This document shows positions 1 to 13,021 of a DNA stretch of 64,000 nt, in pieces. Under the pieces are notes generated by a model. It worked only from the letters and a program-made list of their open reading frames with translations, was not told where the DNA came from and did no database searches. Each line of letters begins with the position of its first letter. Position 1 is the stretch's first letter. Position numbers and translations under genes: made by a program. This DNA comes from Styela clava (Eukaryota). The stretch lies in contig NC_135261.1 in NCBI RefSeq assembly GCF_964204865.1, positions 7,812,001 to 7,876,000 on the forward strand, given 5' to 3'.

Positions 1-91
1 TTTCTCGCACATACTTCTGGTGAGACGTATCTATATGAAACTATCAAGCTGGATTATTATTTTAACTTCAAATTTTCTTTCAACTCCAAAG

Positions 92-1726
92 CATTATGCT
101 ACGCTGGAATTGCTTCTGGAAAAATTACGGCCTCATCAACTCATGGATCCTGCCAGCTGAAAAACGTTCATATCAATTCCGGCGGTGCTTGGTGTGCAGG
201 AACAAGTGAGTGTCATTGTGTTATTCTTCATTTTATTCGTACTCCTTCTTCACCCTTCCTATTGCTTGTTTATACTTGTTTTTTTGCCCCATTTTCTTAC
301 TTACACCTCACATATATTCAGCACATTTCCTTTTTTTGCCACTACACAGTTGTCTTCCTTACTCAGTAATATTTGAACTCTGGTGTCTTTCTTATTGTAT
401 TGGAATTGTACATATGGATCGTTTTATTATTATGTTGTTGTTGTTCTTGTTGGTATTTTTTTCTTCTTATTGTTATGAGAAAATTGCTTCGAAATATTCA
501 GAGGTCGAAGATTGAATTTTTTGCTAGAAGGCTATTACTTCTGTTTATTTCAAAAAATTTCTGTGAAATTGATGTTATTTGTCTACTGTGATAGATTGCA
601 TCGTACTACCTTGTTTTGGTCTTAGTGTCCATATATTTGAGCATCGCACTCATGGTTTTTTTTTTCTACTTCTCTCAGGCTTCAATGTGATTTTTAGTTT
701 GTAACTTAATTAGGTCTCTCTTCTAATTCGTCTTGTTGTATAACTTCTGTACTCACGACTCTTCATAACAAAATATTTGAAATACTATACTTTTATATAT
801 TATTCTATATTATATTGCTATTCAGATGACGCAAACCAATGGGTTCAGGTTGATCTGAAAAGTCCAAAGCAAATTACTGGCATAGCAACGCGAGGAAGGT
901 TTGATTGTTGCCCCCAATGGATAAAAACGTACAAAGTTTCATATGGAAATAGCGTGAGCAATCTCACAATATACGAAGAAAATGGATCACCGAAGGTTAA
1001 ATTTGTCAATGTTTTGCACATGTTTCAATGAACAAAACATAACATCATAAAAGTGCTTTAAATTACAGTAACGCAATCATCAAGGTATCACATGTATTTT
1101 TCACACAGTATTTTTTGGAATCAGCAAAATGACATTTTATTTGTCGTTTTATAGTAAAGACATGAATTCCTTCTTTGTGAAGTAAATAAAAAGCTTACAC
1201 GTTCCTGTATCTGATTAGTATTATAAAATGTCAATGGAGAGGACTTTGAAAATACTATAAAATAAACGGCGCTCCAGAAGTATGTGTACCAATATGGAGG
1301 CAACTAATTTTGTTCGCCTACGTTATATCAAGTTGTTTAAAAGAACTGGAACCTATGGGCAGGGGGTATATTCACTTGGCTAACACAGACAGTCCCCGAA
1401 CTCGTAATAGAACTAAAATACAGAAAATCGAAATAAAATCATAGCCTAACCATAACCTGGTACACATACTACGGGACTACCAAATAAAAAGCTGTAGCAA
1501 TAAATAAGATGTGGAAAATATTGGTAAGAATTTATTAATAAAATCTGTCCTAAATCAATAATGTTTTCATTTTTGTATCAATTTTCAGATATTCTCCGGA
1601 AATTCCGACAAGAACACGATCGTGAAAAGATACTTCCGCGAATCCATCACTGCGCGATACTTTAGAATTCATCCTCTTGCATTCAATGATTGGAGAAGTA
1701 TGCGCATAGAGTTGTTAGATTGCTGA
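92..1726 (+). CDS. Discoidin/FA58C (F5/8 type C) domain protein, copy 1; 3' part only (exons 92-205, 826-995, 1589-1726)
   Basis: GT-AG exons join in phase: LCYAGIASGKITASSTHGSC...GAWCAGT / NDANQWVQVDLKSPKQITGIATRGRFDCCPQWIKTYKVSY / IFSGNSDKNTIVKRYFRESITARYFRIHP...SMRIELLDC*. These are canonical FA58C motifs. The 5' exons lie outside the window. Confidence 0.9.
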
Positions 1727-2494
1727 ACAACATCTGAATTACGATCAAATCCAAAAACATTAAAAAGATTGAATGATCACTCTGTAAAATTTAAAACATT
1801 CCACAAATATATATAACACGGAAAGCAATAATGTAGAAAACTTATATTAAAATACCTTTTTTAATTGATAGAAGATTGAACCAAATAGAAAGAATCTATT
1901 ATTAGGTCGATATTTGAAAGAGAATATAGAACTAAGAAATTTCATTTCATCAATTGTGACTAACTGGCCTAATTTATTTTTCCATACAAATTAATTTTGT
2001 AAATGTTTAAGCAAATTTTTTATGTTTTTTTTTTTGAATTCTCATAGTCGTGAAACTATTTTGTACTGTAATCCAAATGAGTCGAACGATCAAAATTTAA
2101 GAGAATAGCGAGAAAAAGGTATAATTTATCTATCTAAATATTCATCTAAACTTTCACACAGTATGTGGGTTATAGTTGAATTTTATAGTTTATAAATTTG
2201 TGTATTTTTCACTTAATACATATTGCGTTGTGAATACATAATAAAAATTTACATTGATCGTGCGCCTTCTTGCAGCTGATTATCCCGCGTTCAGTTCAAG
2301 GCCTTTCCATGAAGAAACTTGCGTAGAAAAAGATGTGAAAATCTTACGTAACGGGATATTGCTATATCCTATCAACAGGAGTTGAAGGGTACAAAAATAG
2401 TAATCAGCATAAATAAAATAAATATTCGTAATCCTAAATCTAAAATTTGTCTTCAGATTGCTTTGATATGATAGTGTAACAATTATTCTAGTGC

Positions 2495-4128
2495 CAGCAT
2501 TTCCTAGCCTGGGGTAAATTTACCCCTGGGGCTAAATTTCTTCATTCCTGGGGGTAAATTTCGTTATTAGGAAAAAATATTTTGAACAAACGCAAAACAT
2601 ATCTATTTGCTTGTTTTGTTACGAGAAATCAGTGTCAGCGTATTATTTATTAATAGTGGTCCTATTTAAAACGAAACTGGAAACCAACACCCATAAATAA
2701 GTCGAGTTCTTTTCAATAAATTTTGACCCCCCTCCTTTAAAAGACATGGAGGACTCAAAAAATCGTTAGTAACGTGTGCGATTGCAGTTTACTATAATCG
2801 TCGATCTTTTTGTCAGCGTGGCTTGTTATTTTGGTCGTAAACACCTTAACGTCGGTGTTTATTCTCGCTAAATCACATATTTCCTTCAACAAAAGTATGT
2901 CTTATGTTCATCGGCGGGGATATGTCAAAACAAAAATAATTTAATTATTTGGCTTTGGATTATTCATTTAGTAACGCTAATTTATTGCTTGAAAATCGGC
3001 AATATAAAATACTAAAAATAAAACCCAAAACAATAGAAGTTTTGTCATAGGAGGCATGCGACGATTAAAAACGCCTCTTTATCCATTGTGAATCCCAAAA
3101 ATTCCTGTGTCTATAGCACACATTATGTTCAGTCGGCGTTGGAATCCATAGCGTCAATGAAATCGAAAAACAGTCAATTGTGCCTGCTGAGAAAGTGGCG
3201 TATTCGCGGCGAAGGCACTTCAATAGCCTTTCGGAGGGGATTTCGAGGCGAGCAATATGTATTTTTGATTTACTAATATATTTCATGTGTATTTTTATTG
3301 CCCTAAATTAAATTGTAATTTATGTGAATTTATATCAGATCTTTTCTAACGGCGATTACGAATTCGCAAAATCAAAAAAATAGGATCAAAGCTAAATATA
3401 ATCGGGCAGTTCATCTCATATTTTCATGTTTGCAGATTACCTTGGTAATTTAGACTTTAGAGTAGTAATGTTTTTCCTTTGCCGTAAGAAGAAACAAGCG
3501 CAAGTTACGTTGAACACAATTAAATTACTATAGAAAGACATTTTAGATTCTCATAATTGCCAGGGAATTGAGGAAAGTCGGCTGCAAAAGTGGGGTCTTT
3601 TAACGAGCGCGTAATCGCGACGACTGTTTCAGAAGGGAATGGATTTTAACCCTGTGTCTAAATCTTAGCTGCGCCCCTGATCAGAGCGATTTTTTATATA
3701 TTGAGTTGACGTATCTTTTTCACGATGGTCTTTATATTCCCCAGAGTGTTCTGTGCAAAAAGCACATACGATTGGAGAAATCATCCTGAAAGCTTTTTGT
3801 GATCGATGATTTCATTTTCCCACTCCGAACTATTTTCTCAACTCTCTATCACTTCAATATCCCACCGCATACATCCCCCCCTCCCCCTGCCACACCACTC
3901 TTTTCCCATCGAACCCCACTCTCTTATTTTTCACGCCGAACTGAAGCCCAATACAGAGGCGAAGACGGGGTATAAAAAAGAAAGGGAGAGAGAGAGAGAC
4001 TTCGCGTCTGAATTTAGAGCTATTTATACTTTACCTGACGAATTTTTAATATCTGATGTATTTCGGGTAAATCTTGTAACCTTGTTTGATAAAGGGGTAA
4101 ATTATTCAAAAAAGGTTAAGAACCACTG
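2495..4128. mobile_element. Degenerate non-autonomous hAT-like element
   Basis: Imperfect ends (CAGCATTTCCTAGCCT ... AGGTTAAGAACCACTG) and GGGGTAAA subterminal repeats at both ends. No clear TSD. Confidence 0.45.
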
Positions 4129-5174
4129 CTCTGGTCAATAAAAATTTACCCATCACAAGAAACAGAAAAGGATAAGTAAGGTAAAACAAAGGTCGAAGGT
4201 CAACCTACTTTTCGATAAACCGTATGGAGAAGGAACTACTAATCTATATTTGAGGCATTGTGCAAGTTTATGAATAACTCTCTGATTACGAGGCATTTGG
4301 TTTTTGTCCCCGGTTTATTTCTAATTAATTTGTTATAATATGTATTGACATATTATTATTTTTTATTTAGGTATTTTTTTTAGAATATTTGAACATATTT
4401 TAATTATGTTTTATGCAATTGCAGTATCAAACCTAACTTATACATAATTGACTTTTTTAAGTAAAATCCGAGCAAGATATTTCTCTCGTTATACCATTAC
4501 CTGACACTGCAGTAAACATTGCATAATTTTTGAACCAGGAAATAAAAGTTGACACAGTAATTAAACTAAATAATAGCGCTATTGCAACTATACGCACAAA
4601 AATTTAATGAGGTAATTAATAATATATTTTTAAACTATAAAACTTTTGCTGATACACGAATTGATTCGATTTAATTGAATTTAAAAAGGCGATTGAGTAC
4701 ACACGGTAACATTCTATATCGTTTTGATTGAGAGCAGTTGGACATTGAGTTAGGTCAGATGTAGGGTAAAGATGTTGATGTAGCATAGTATCAACGTACA
4801 TGTAGAGACTCCAAAACCAAACTTTTTGCCGTGATCTCAGTGCGCGAAAACCAGATGCGAATTAGTTCAAAAACTAAACTTGCCAGCTGGATTGATCTTT
4901 TAATCAACTAGCACAGAGGCGTGCAACCATTATTACAGATACGAGTTTATATATTTTATATCGTAATATTCGATAACATGTTCATTGTTGTCAATTATAA
5001 ATAAATTTGCTTTTAACTTGGTTGCAATGGAAAAAAAACTACATTTTTTTCCTACAGTAATAACCAGGCGTTTTGTAATATTTTAATCTTCAGTGGATAC
5101 CGTAATCGATAGTCTCTGTAAAAATATTACTAATCAACCCATTGACAAAAATATTAATTGCTTTTATCGTTCAG

Positions 5175-7494
5175 CTCAAACTACGGAACAATCTTGTGGA
5201 TCATGCGGTGGGAAATATTTTGAATTCACTATCGAGGTAAGTAAAACTAAAATAAATAAGCATCCGATGTATGTCAACATGTGTCAAAAATATTTGAATT
5301 TTTTACTGTAAAACTGTTTACTCAGCTTGTATGGTAGAGAAATATCTATTTCTTACATTTATTTCTAATAATACGTCACAATACATTTTGTATTGTCGAT
5401 TTGAGAATCCTGAACAGTCGTCCTATATTTTCAGATAAAAATTTATTACTTCATACGTTTGTTGAAATAATAATTCAATATAATTTATTTATTGTGATAT
5501 TTTTATTTTTCAGTCTACAAATTTGAAAGGTGGGCAAAGTCTATTTTTTCACATCAATATTGTTAGCTTTTATTTCATCATTTATCGATTTTTATTCAGA
5601 TAATTTTGCTTTCGTTGTGATTGAATAATTTACAAGATTATGAAAAAAATATAACAGTCCATACATTATTTCATCAACGTTACTCATTAGCGTTCTTCAA
5701 TCAAATATCACTTCTACTGCATGTTGCGTGTCACCCAGTAATTAATGGAATCACGTCACAAAAAAATTTAATTACTGTATTATGATGATATATATATTTC
5801 AGCATATAGTGTATTATTAGGTATGATATAATATATGTGTGCATAGTTCAGATTTTATAGAGTAAAAGTTATGAAATATTGTATTTTCTGTCTAATTTAT
5901 TCAATGTATGAACTTCACGAATTGATTGATCTAATTTAGAGAGAACATATTTTGAAAAATAAACATATGACAAACTTTTATAAAATATACATATAATAAG
6001 ATATTGAAATTTGTCGTTTTTCAGCCTAATGTAAATTGCATAACGTGTAATTGTCTTATTCTGAAATGCGGACAGTTTGATTTTCAATTTAATCCACTCT
6101 TTATTGTATTTAAAATCTCAACGTTTAATCAAATTATTTTTAGATCTGGAAAAAGAATTAAGAAATAGAATCACCTCTATCTTGAATGAAGATTTTGACA
6201 CTGAAAACGTGGAAATAAAGGCAGAGCTTATTCGTAATGATCACAATAGAGTTAAGTTACCCCCACTGACCACTCCCACAATCAAAGGAAGCGCTAATAA
6301 TGCTGCTACCAGCAAAGCTAAGGCTATTTCCACGGCTGTTGCTCTGACTTCGTCAACCACAAATTTGGCGACGACTGGAAGACCGAGTAAGTCTTAATTT
6401 TTGGTATGAAACAAAATTTTTTTCAAGACTTATTAGGATGAGTTCGGAAACTATTACTTTTATTTATTCCAATTCTTTGGCCTCCCTGTTCTCATTTTAT
6501 TTGGTTTTCGTGTTCGTATATTTAAGCATCGTCTTTGTATTTTCTTTTATATTCAGCTTGCTACGCTGGAATTGCATCTGGAGAAATTCCCATATCAAGC
6601 ATTACGGCATCATCTTTTCATCAAGACTGCTGGGTAACAAACGCTCCTCTCAACTCATCGGTAGCTTGGTGCGCAGGACACAGTGAGTGCTCTATTTTTT
6701 ATATTTAACACCTCAATTGATTTTTTTACATTTGTCCATATTTATTTATAGAAATATTTTGAATCTCTATAATATTTTTTTAGGCACGCCGAACAACCCA
6801 ACTGACTGGCTGCAGGTTGATTTGGAAACTCCAACGAAAATTACGGGCATAGCAACGCAAGGAAGATTCAATTGTTGCCACCAATTTGTAAGAACTTACA
6901 AAATTTCGTATGGAAATGATGCCACGGAACTTCGTATGTATGAAGAGAATGGGACTGTCAAGGTACATAATTATATTACATTATTTGATTTTTGGAAATA
7001 CATCAACGCTTGTTTCATACAGACTTGTGTGGAACAAATAATAGATAGTAAGGCGTAGATTGTAGTAGGCAATGAAGGCATGTTTCATGCAAAAATACGT
7101 GGATGGAAAGAGAATAATAAAAAAATTTCGAAAGTTTACAAATGCAGATAACCAAAATAAAACGGGCAAGATCTAATTTAACGAATATTTCTATTTTTGA
7201 TTATTTTCACGCCACCCTTTGTGGGGAGCGCCACCTTTTGTGAACCACTGTATGTATTGGTTTAAAAACTTGAAAACTTCTTATAAAGAGCTCTCATTAT
7301 TATCAGCATTGAAATAACATTTTATGATAATAAATTTAATAAATTCCTTATTTTAGATTTTCCCGGGGAATTCGGACAAAAACACAATCGTAAAAAACTA
7401 CTTCCTGAAACCTATCATTGCAATATATTTCAGAATTTACCCAGTTACTTACAATGAATGGATGAGCATGCGAATTGAACTTTTGAAATGCTAA
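5175..7494 (+). CDS. Discoidin/FA58C domain protein, copy 2: CxxC + coiled coil + Thr/Ala stalk + FA58C (exons 5175-5236, 5514-5529, 6144-6386, 6557-6682, 6784-6962, 7357-7494; first exon not located)
   Basis: Exon phases are consistent throughout. FA58C motifs: CYAGIASG, WCAG, DWLQVDL, GIATQGR, FPGNSD, YFRIYP, SMRIELLKC*. Intron positions match copy 1. Confidence 0.88.
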
Positions 7495-10400
7495 AGTAGG
7501 AGACTGGGAATTTTGGAATATAAATATGGAATTTGGAGCACGCCACATACACTTCATATTCGGAATTTACTATTTACAATTTGAGTTGGGACATTTATAA
7601 TTATGTAATATTTATAGATATATATACGTATAAGTATATAGAGGAGCGCAATGGCCTAGCCCTGACATGGGAAAACTATGGCCCGTAGGTCAAATCCGGC
7701 CCGTTGGGTGATTCATGCTGACGCGTCGGATGCTGCCACCATCAAACTAGAGCCAAAACTAAAAAATCTGTTGAGATTGCGGTTAAATTTAGTTTTGGCA
7801 CGAGGTTTATTGTTTCTCCTTTTTTCTTTTGTAACACTGAAAATATTGTTCATAAAATGTAACTTTTTACGTCACTCTTACATGGCTGGCCACACTAGGG
7901 GGACAAAACTTTTGGCCTCTTGTCGCATCGTGAAAGCTTGTACAACGACTTGTACGGAGCGAAAGTTGCGATTAAGGGCCTTTTTAAAAAAATAATTGAT
8001 CGAAATTCTTCCAATTATTTGCATTGGAAGTTTCGAACATACATCGACAATATGTACTGTACGTTATATAACTGACTTCCCATCTGGATTTTGAATATTT
8101 GGACATAAGTCTGACGTATTCGTGTATGCTAAGGACATTATACCAATCGAATACAGTAATAACGATTAAATAATCTTCTATCTACACTTCATTTTTATTT
8201 TAGCTTTTTGTTTCATAGCCGTCATATTTTTTTTCTGTATGGGCTATTCCAACTCGGCTGAGGCATTCTTATCGACGATTTTTTTTCTTTTGGGAGGGGG
8301 GGACTGATGTCTTGGAATTTTCCTTCAGCAACTGTTTTATGGTATATAACTACTTCTGATTTTTTTTACGACTGCAAATTTAGCGTTCAAGTAATCTTTT
8401 CATACTCACCATATGTATGTTTCTTTGAGACTGAAGATCTATATCCTAAGTACAGAGCGATTACGAATTTTTTTTTTTTACCCTTTTCTAGCTTCCAACA
8501 ATTTGTTTTCATGTTTGTTCACTTTGTTCACATTCACATTCAATGATTTCTGCTTCTTCAACGTGGTTTTTATTTAGTGCCTTTTTTCTGTATTTTTCCT
8601 GCTATTTTGCGTATATGCAATATGCATGTATTGTTCCTAAATACACTGTCCAAAAACATATTGCTGCAACAAAACAAAATCAGTTTTACATAGCCCTCAT
8701 ACTTTTTTCAAATAAAGATGCAATGGGTGGAGGTCACATGAGTCCATTTATGATGGGAATGAAGCTTACATAGACACAAAAGCTATTATCTCTGTGCAGT
8801 ATACATGAAGTTGGTTTTTCCCACACATTGATAAGAAAGTTTCTGGTAAACATGAATAGCTTACATAGACACAAAAGCTATTATCAATGGAAAAGATTTC
8901 CCCTAAGTTACACTACGTTACGAATTTTGTTTAAAATATTCATGAGATCAATAAAATTGTACAGTTTCGGAAATTTGCAGACGAATTTTGCACACGTCTT
9001 GAAAAAAATTGCATTGCAAAAAAAGAGTACTCAGGTCTAAATGCAGGTCAAAAGTTACTTTACCAAAATCACAGATTTTTATACAGTTGACTATGTGGAA
9101 TGTGTAGAACAACACCATATGCTTTATTGCCATTGTCTTATTTTTAACTCCTTGTAATTTAAGCCTACGAAAAGCAAGGACATGGACAGATATTAGTTTG
9201 ATATATACTTTAAAAATAACTTTAAAAGTGCAATTAAAAGTTTTATGACAGTATTATACATTCTGCCAGTTCTCTCTTATTCTAACACGTTATTAAAGTT
9301 TCGCTGGAATACTTTGTTTCGTGAATCCACGTTGACGTATATATTTCTCCAGCTATGGTTACAAAACATATCATCTTTATTGGACATGAATTGCCATTGG
9401 ACTTATAAAGTTGTTAATAATTGTTCTTGTCGCTGAAGGGGTATTACTTTTATTTATTCCCGAAATTCCTGCGTACCTTGTGGCAGTTCCACGTTTGCGT
9501 TCGTTACAATATCAGGGTCAGGCAAAGTCGTGAAACTGCGGTACCAGTAGTAGTATACTGTTAAAGATTGCATATCCCTACTACTTCGTTTTGGTCATCG
9601 TGTCCATACCTTTGAGCATTGCTGCCTTGCTTCATTCGAATAACGCCTGCTCAGAGTGGAGTGTATAAATATTTCATTTTAATTGGTTCGCCTGTATTTT
9701 AATGGTAGCCTGATAACTGGTAGTATACAAGCAAAAACAATATCATATCAACGGATATTATTGTATGAGTCAAGTGTATGACTGCGCATTTGTCTTGTTG
9801 CGGTATAAAATGACTCACGAGTAATGCAACTACGGAGTATTTACAGGATATAGCAACATGTTTTTTTCTGGTTTGAAAATTTATTAAAATTTGGAACAAT
9901 GAGTTAACTACAACGAATCGAGTAAGTCTTTCATATAGTTCATATAAGACGGCTGAAGTTTAATTAACCAGCTTTCACCATGACAACAAGAGGACAAATT
10001 GACGACAGGATTTTATGATAATGAATTCTGTAATAAATCTGATGCAATTTCCATCCACATATTGTCGTATATTTTCCATTTATAAAACATGATTATATTT
10101 CTGCACGCAATAAAAATACCAGCGTGATGTACCGGTAAGTGTAATAAATAGACTGCGAAACTGAATGGAATTCTCGATCAATATGCTATACCTTTGTTCT
10201 CAACGCAGTAGATTAACATTACAATCGCAAGTTTGGAATCTGATATAATTCAAATCCTGGATTCGATACTTCAATCAGAAAAGAATTCTGAATTGATTGA
10301 CTTTCTTTTATCGTCGACATACTAATAGCTTTGCTCGTAGCGAAATTTTTAAGAGCTTCACAAAATATTAATGTATTACAAGTTTTATCGCAAGTCATAT

Positions 10401-11599
10401 TGTGTCTGAAGGTTAGTAATCATAACAGTGATGAGGTGTTCCATCAGGACTAGGACGAAAGAAGTATAGATATATAGTATAAGTATAGGCACAGCTTCGG
10501 ATAATTCATCACTCGGCCAATTTGTAAACTATTGTTTGCCCATAAATCACGTATTCAGCGATATATAGTCAAAAAAACCTTAGGTCTATTGAGTGAGTCA
10601 GTTTGTCGGTTATTATTCTCATATTTTCAAGCGAAGCAAAAATGTTCTTAAAATGACGTATTTTTTAACAAAATCAAGCATGTTTTTTCAAAGAAAAGAT
10701 TATCAATGAGGTTCAATTACGTCTGACGAAAAATATTTCAAGACGTCACCGTATTATTAATTGCCTGTGTGAATACGCAAAATACAGTTCAACTACTATA
10801 GGCCAAAATAGGAAACGAAATCAGTTTCCGGATATGTGCAGTTTCCTATGTAGTATTTTTGGTAGGAAAATATATGGCGAGACCGTGCGCTCATTTTTTA
10901 CCCACCAAATAATTAACAAAATTATCACAAGGTTTCATTTTTGTATTCTAAAGTCATGGTTGGCATACGCAGGTAAGACTAAATTTTTCGTATTGCGTTA
11001 AATTTGGCCTCATTGGACATGAAGTGTATTTGTGGATTATTTAGAATTTAATATGAATTATTCCGCTTAAATTTTTGTTGCGGTTGTTGCTGTTGAATTT
11101 GTGATTGTTGTTTTTGTGAAAAATCGCTCTTCTCGCAACTAATGGCCCGATAAATTTCGAATTTTCAGGATATAAAGAAGCTAGGAGGCCACTTACTTAT
11201 ATTATTTATATTATTAATTTATTCTTTGAAAATCAATGTAATTTTACTGTTTATGTTAGTTCCTGGGAATAATTTTAAATGACCTTTGACCTTTCGCATC
11301 TTGCCTCAGTGTAGATCTGCTTAATTTCACCAGTCTGTTGTTGTTCATTTCAATTTCGAATCCATTTTTTTAGCCGTTGTTGTGTTCTGACTTCACAAAC
11401 CTACCGAGGTATGTATTGTATTAATATTTACAGCAAATGGCTGACTCGACTAATACATCTTACGCTTAGTACATTATAATGCCGGTAGAAGGGCTGTTTT
11501 CGTGATCAATGGCAATGAAAGGTGACGAAGATTTTACAAACCTCTATCAGTTTAAGACCAGAATCACAATGGATGTCGCATTGAATTAAACATGTATAG

Positions 11600-12268
11600 C
11601 AGGGGTGGCCAACCTGCTTTCGATCATCTATTTAAGATGTATTCAAATAGTACAATTCGGATCTACAGTCTGTCTAATTTTTAGTCGTAAATCGTAAAAA
11701 CTTGTATTAGTATTTATGCCTTATTTAAACAGCAAAAAATATATATTTTCAAACTATAAATGTTACATGACTGATCAAACTTCAGTGTCTAATTTACAAT
11801 TTCCTCCGAGTCCAATTCTTCGCTCGCTCGGAATTAGAAAAAATTTTGCATTCTGATGTCACTGCTGCCGTTGCGAGTAGAAATTAATTTTAAAATTAAA
11901 CAAACTACTCTTGGAGTAAGACAATAACTTTCACATACTGCAAAAGTTATTGTAGGATTGTTTGTCAGTCAAGACACACAATATTCGGCACGTTCATTCC
12001 TGCCAGAACCTTGGCATCAGCGAAGTTTGTATTTGTTACGCACAATAATATGCTCTATCTCGGACTTTCCCAGACTCAAATAGTGTATGTGTATATCGTA
12101 TTTTGCGCATGTACAGTACTGTATTCTTCCTGTTTAAAAACACACAACAGGCGCTGCATGAAACTGGTTCAAGGCAACTTTTTGGGGAATAATATTAAAT
12201 TCAAATTAACCCAACCCAACATTAGACGCGATCGACTACTCGAGATCAAGACGTGACGACCACCCCTG
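11600..12268. mobile_element. Non-autonomous hAT-type element
   Basis: Ends CAGGGGTGGCC ... GACCACCCCTG with CGATC subterminal motifs. TSD not preserved. Confidence 0.6.
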
Positions 12269-13021
12269 TATACATGTATTGCATAGCATGTAATTCCATT
12301 GCAGTTTGATGCAATCAAGTACAACAATATACGAAATCAGAATACACATTTGTCATAAAAATATTTTTACGTTTTCCTTGGGATGATCTTTTCGAAGTTG
12401 AAGGCTAAATTGGTCTCAATTCAAAGTGGGATATTATTTTTAGGCTATGATAGTCGATAAGACGTTTTGAACAAATGACCCCCAATTTTGGATCTTACGT
12501 AACTTTCAAAAACATATATTTAAGCGTCTTATTATTATTTTATTACAATAAAATATGGTATAATAGTATTTACATCATTTTAATTTTTCAACTTTGATTT
12601 TTATTATTTTTTAACTCGTTTTTTTTATGAAAAAAATGGTAGAAGTGGAGAAACATGTTACCGAGACTTAATCATCTAAACTTTTCGATGGGAAAGGTGA
12701 CATCTAGAGCAGAAGCACTAGACTATGCGTGCTGCAAGTTAATATTACAAATCTATATTATGCAAAAATGTATTTATTATATATTATATCCTGAACGATA
12801 TTAAGTCTGAATGGATATAAATATTTTTGTGATTACGTCTGATAAATGATATATATAAAATTAAAATGAGGAATTAAAATCATATTTGACTCACAATAAT
12901 CAATTACAAAGAAAAGGGTATCAAGCATATTTTATTCTTTATTCTGTTGCAAACACTCTGCTTAGAAATTGAAAATTTTGACTATAAACAGATTCGTACA
13001 AATCTTTTTAACGATAAATTT

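Noticed and set aside
185-591. Hydrophobic ORFs resembling membrane proteins
   Set aside because: T-rich intron sequence of FA58C copy 1.
8763-8885. CRISPR-like repeat-spacer-repeat
   Set aside because: Only two repeats, eukaryotic context and no cas genes.
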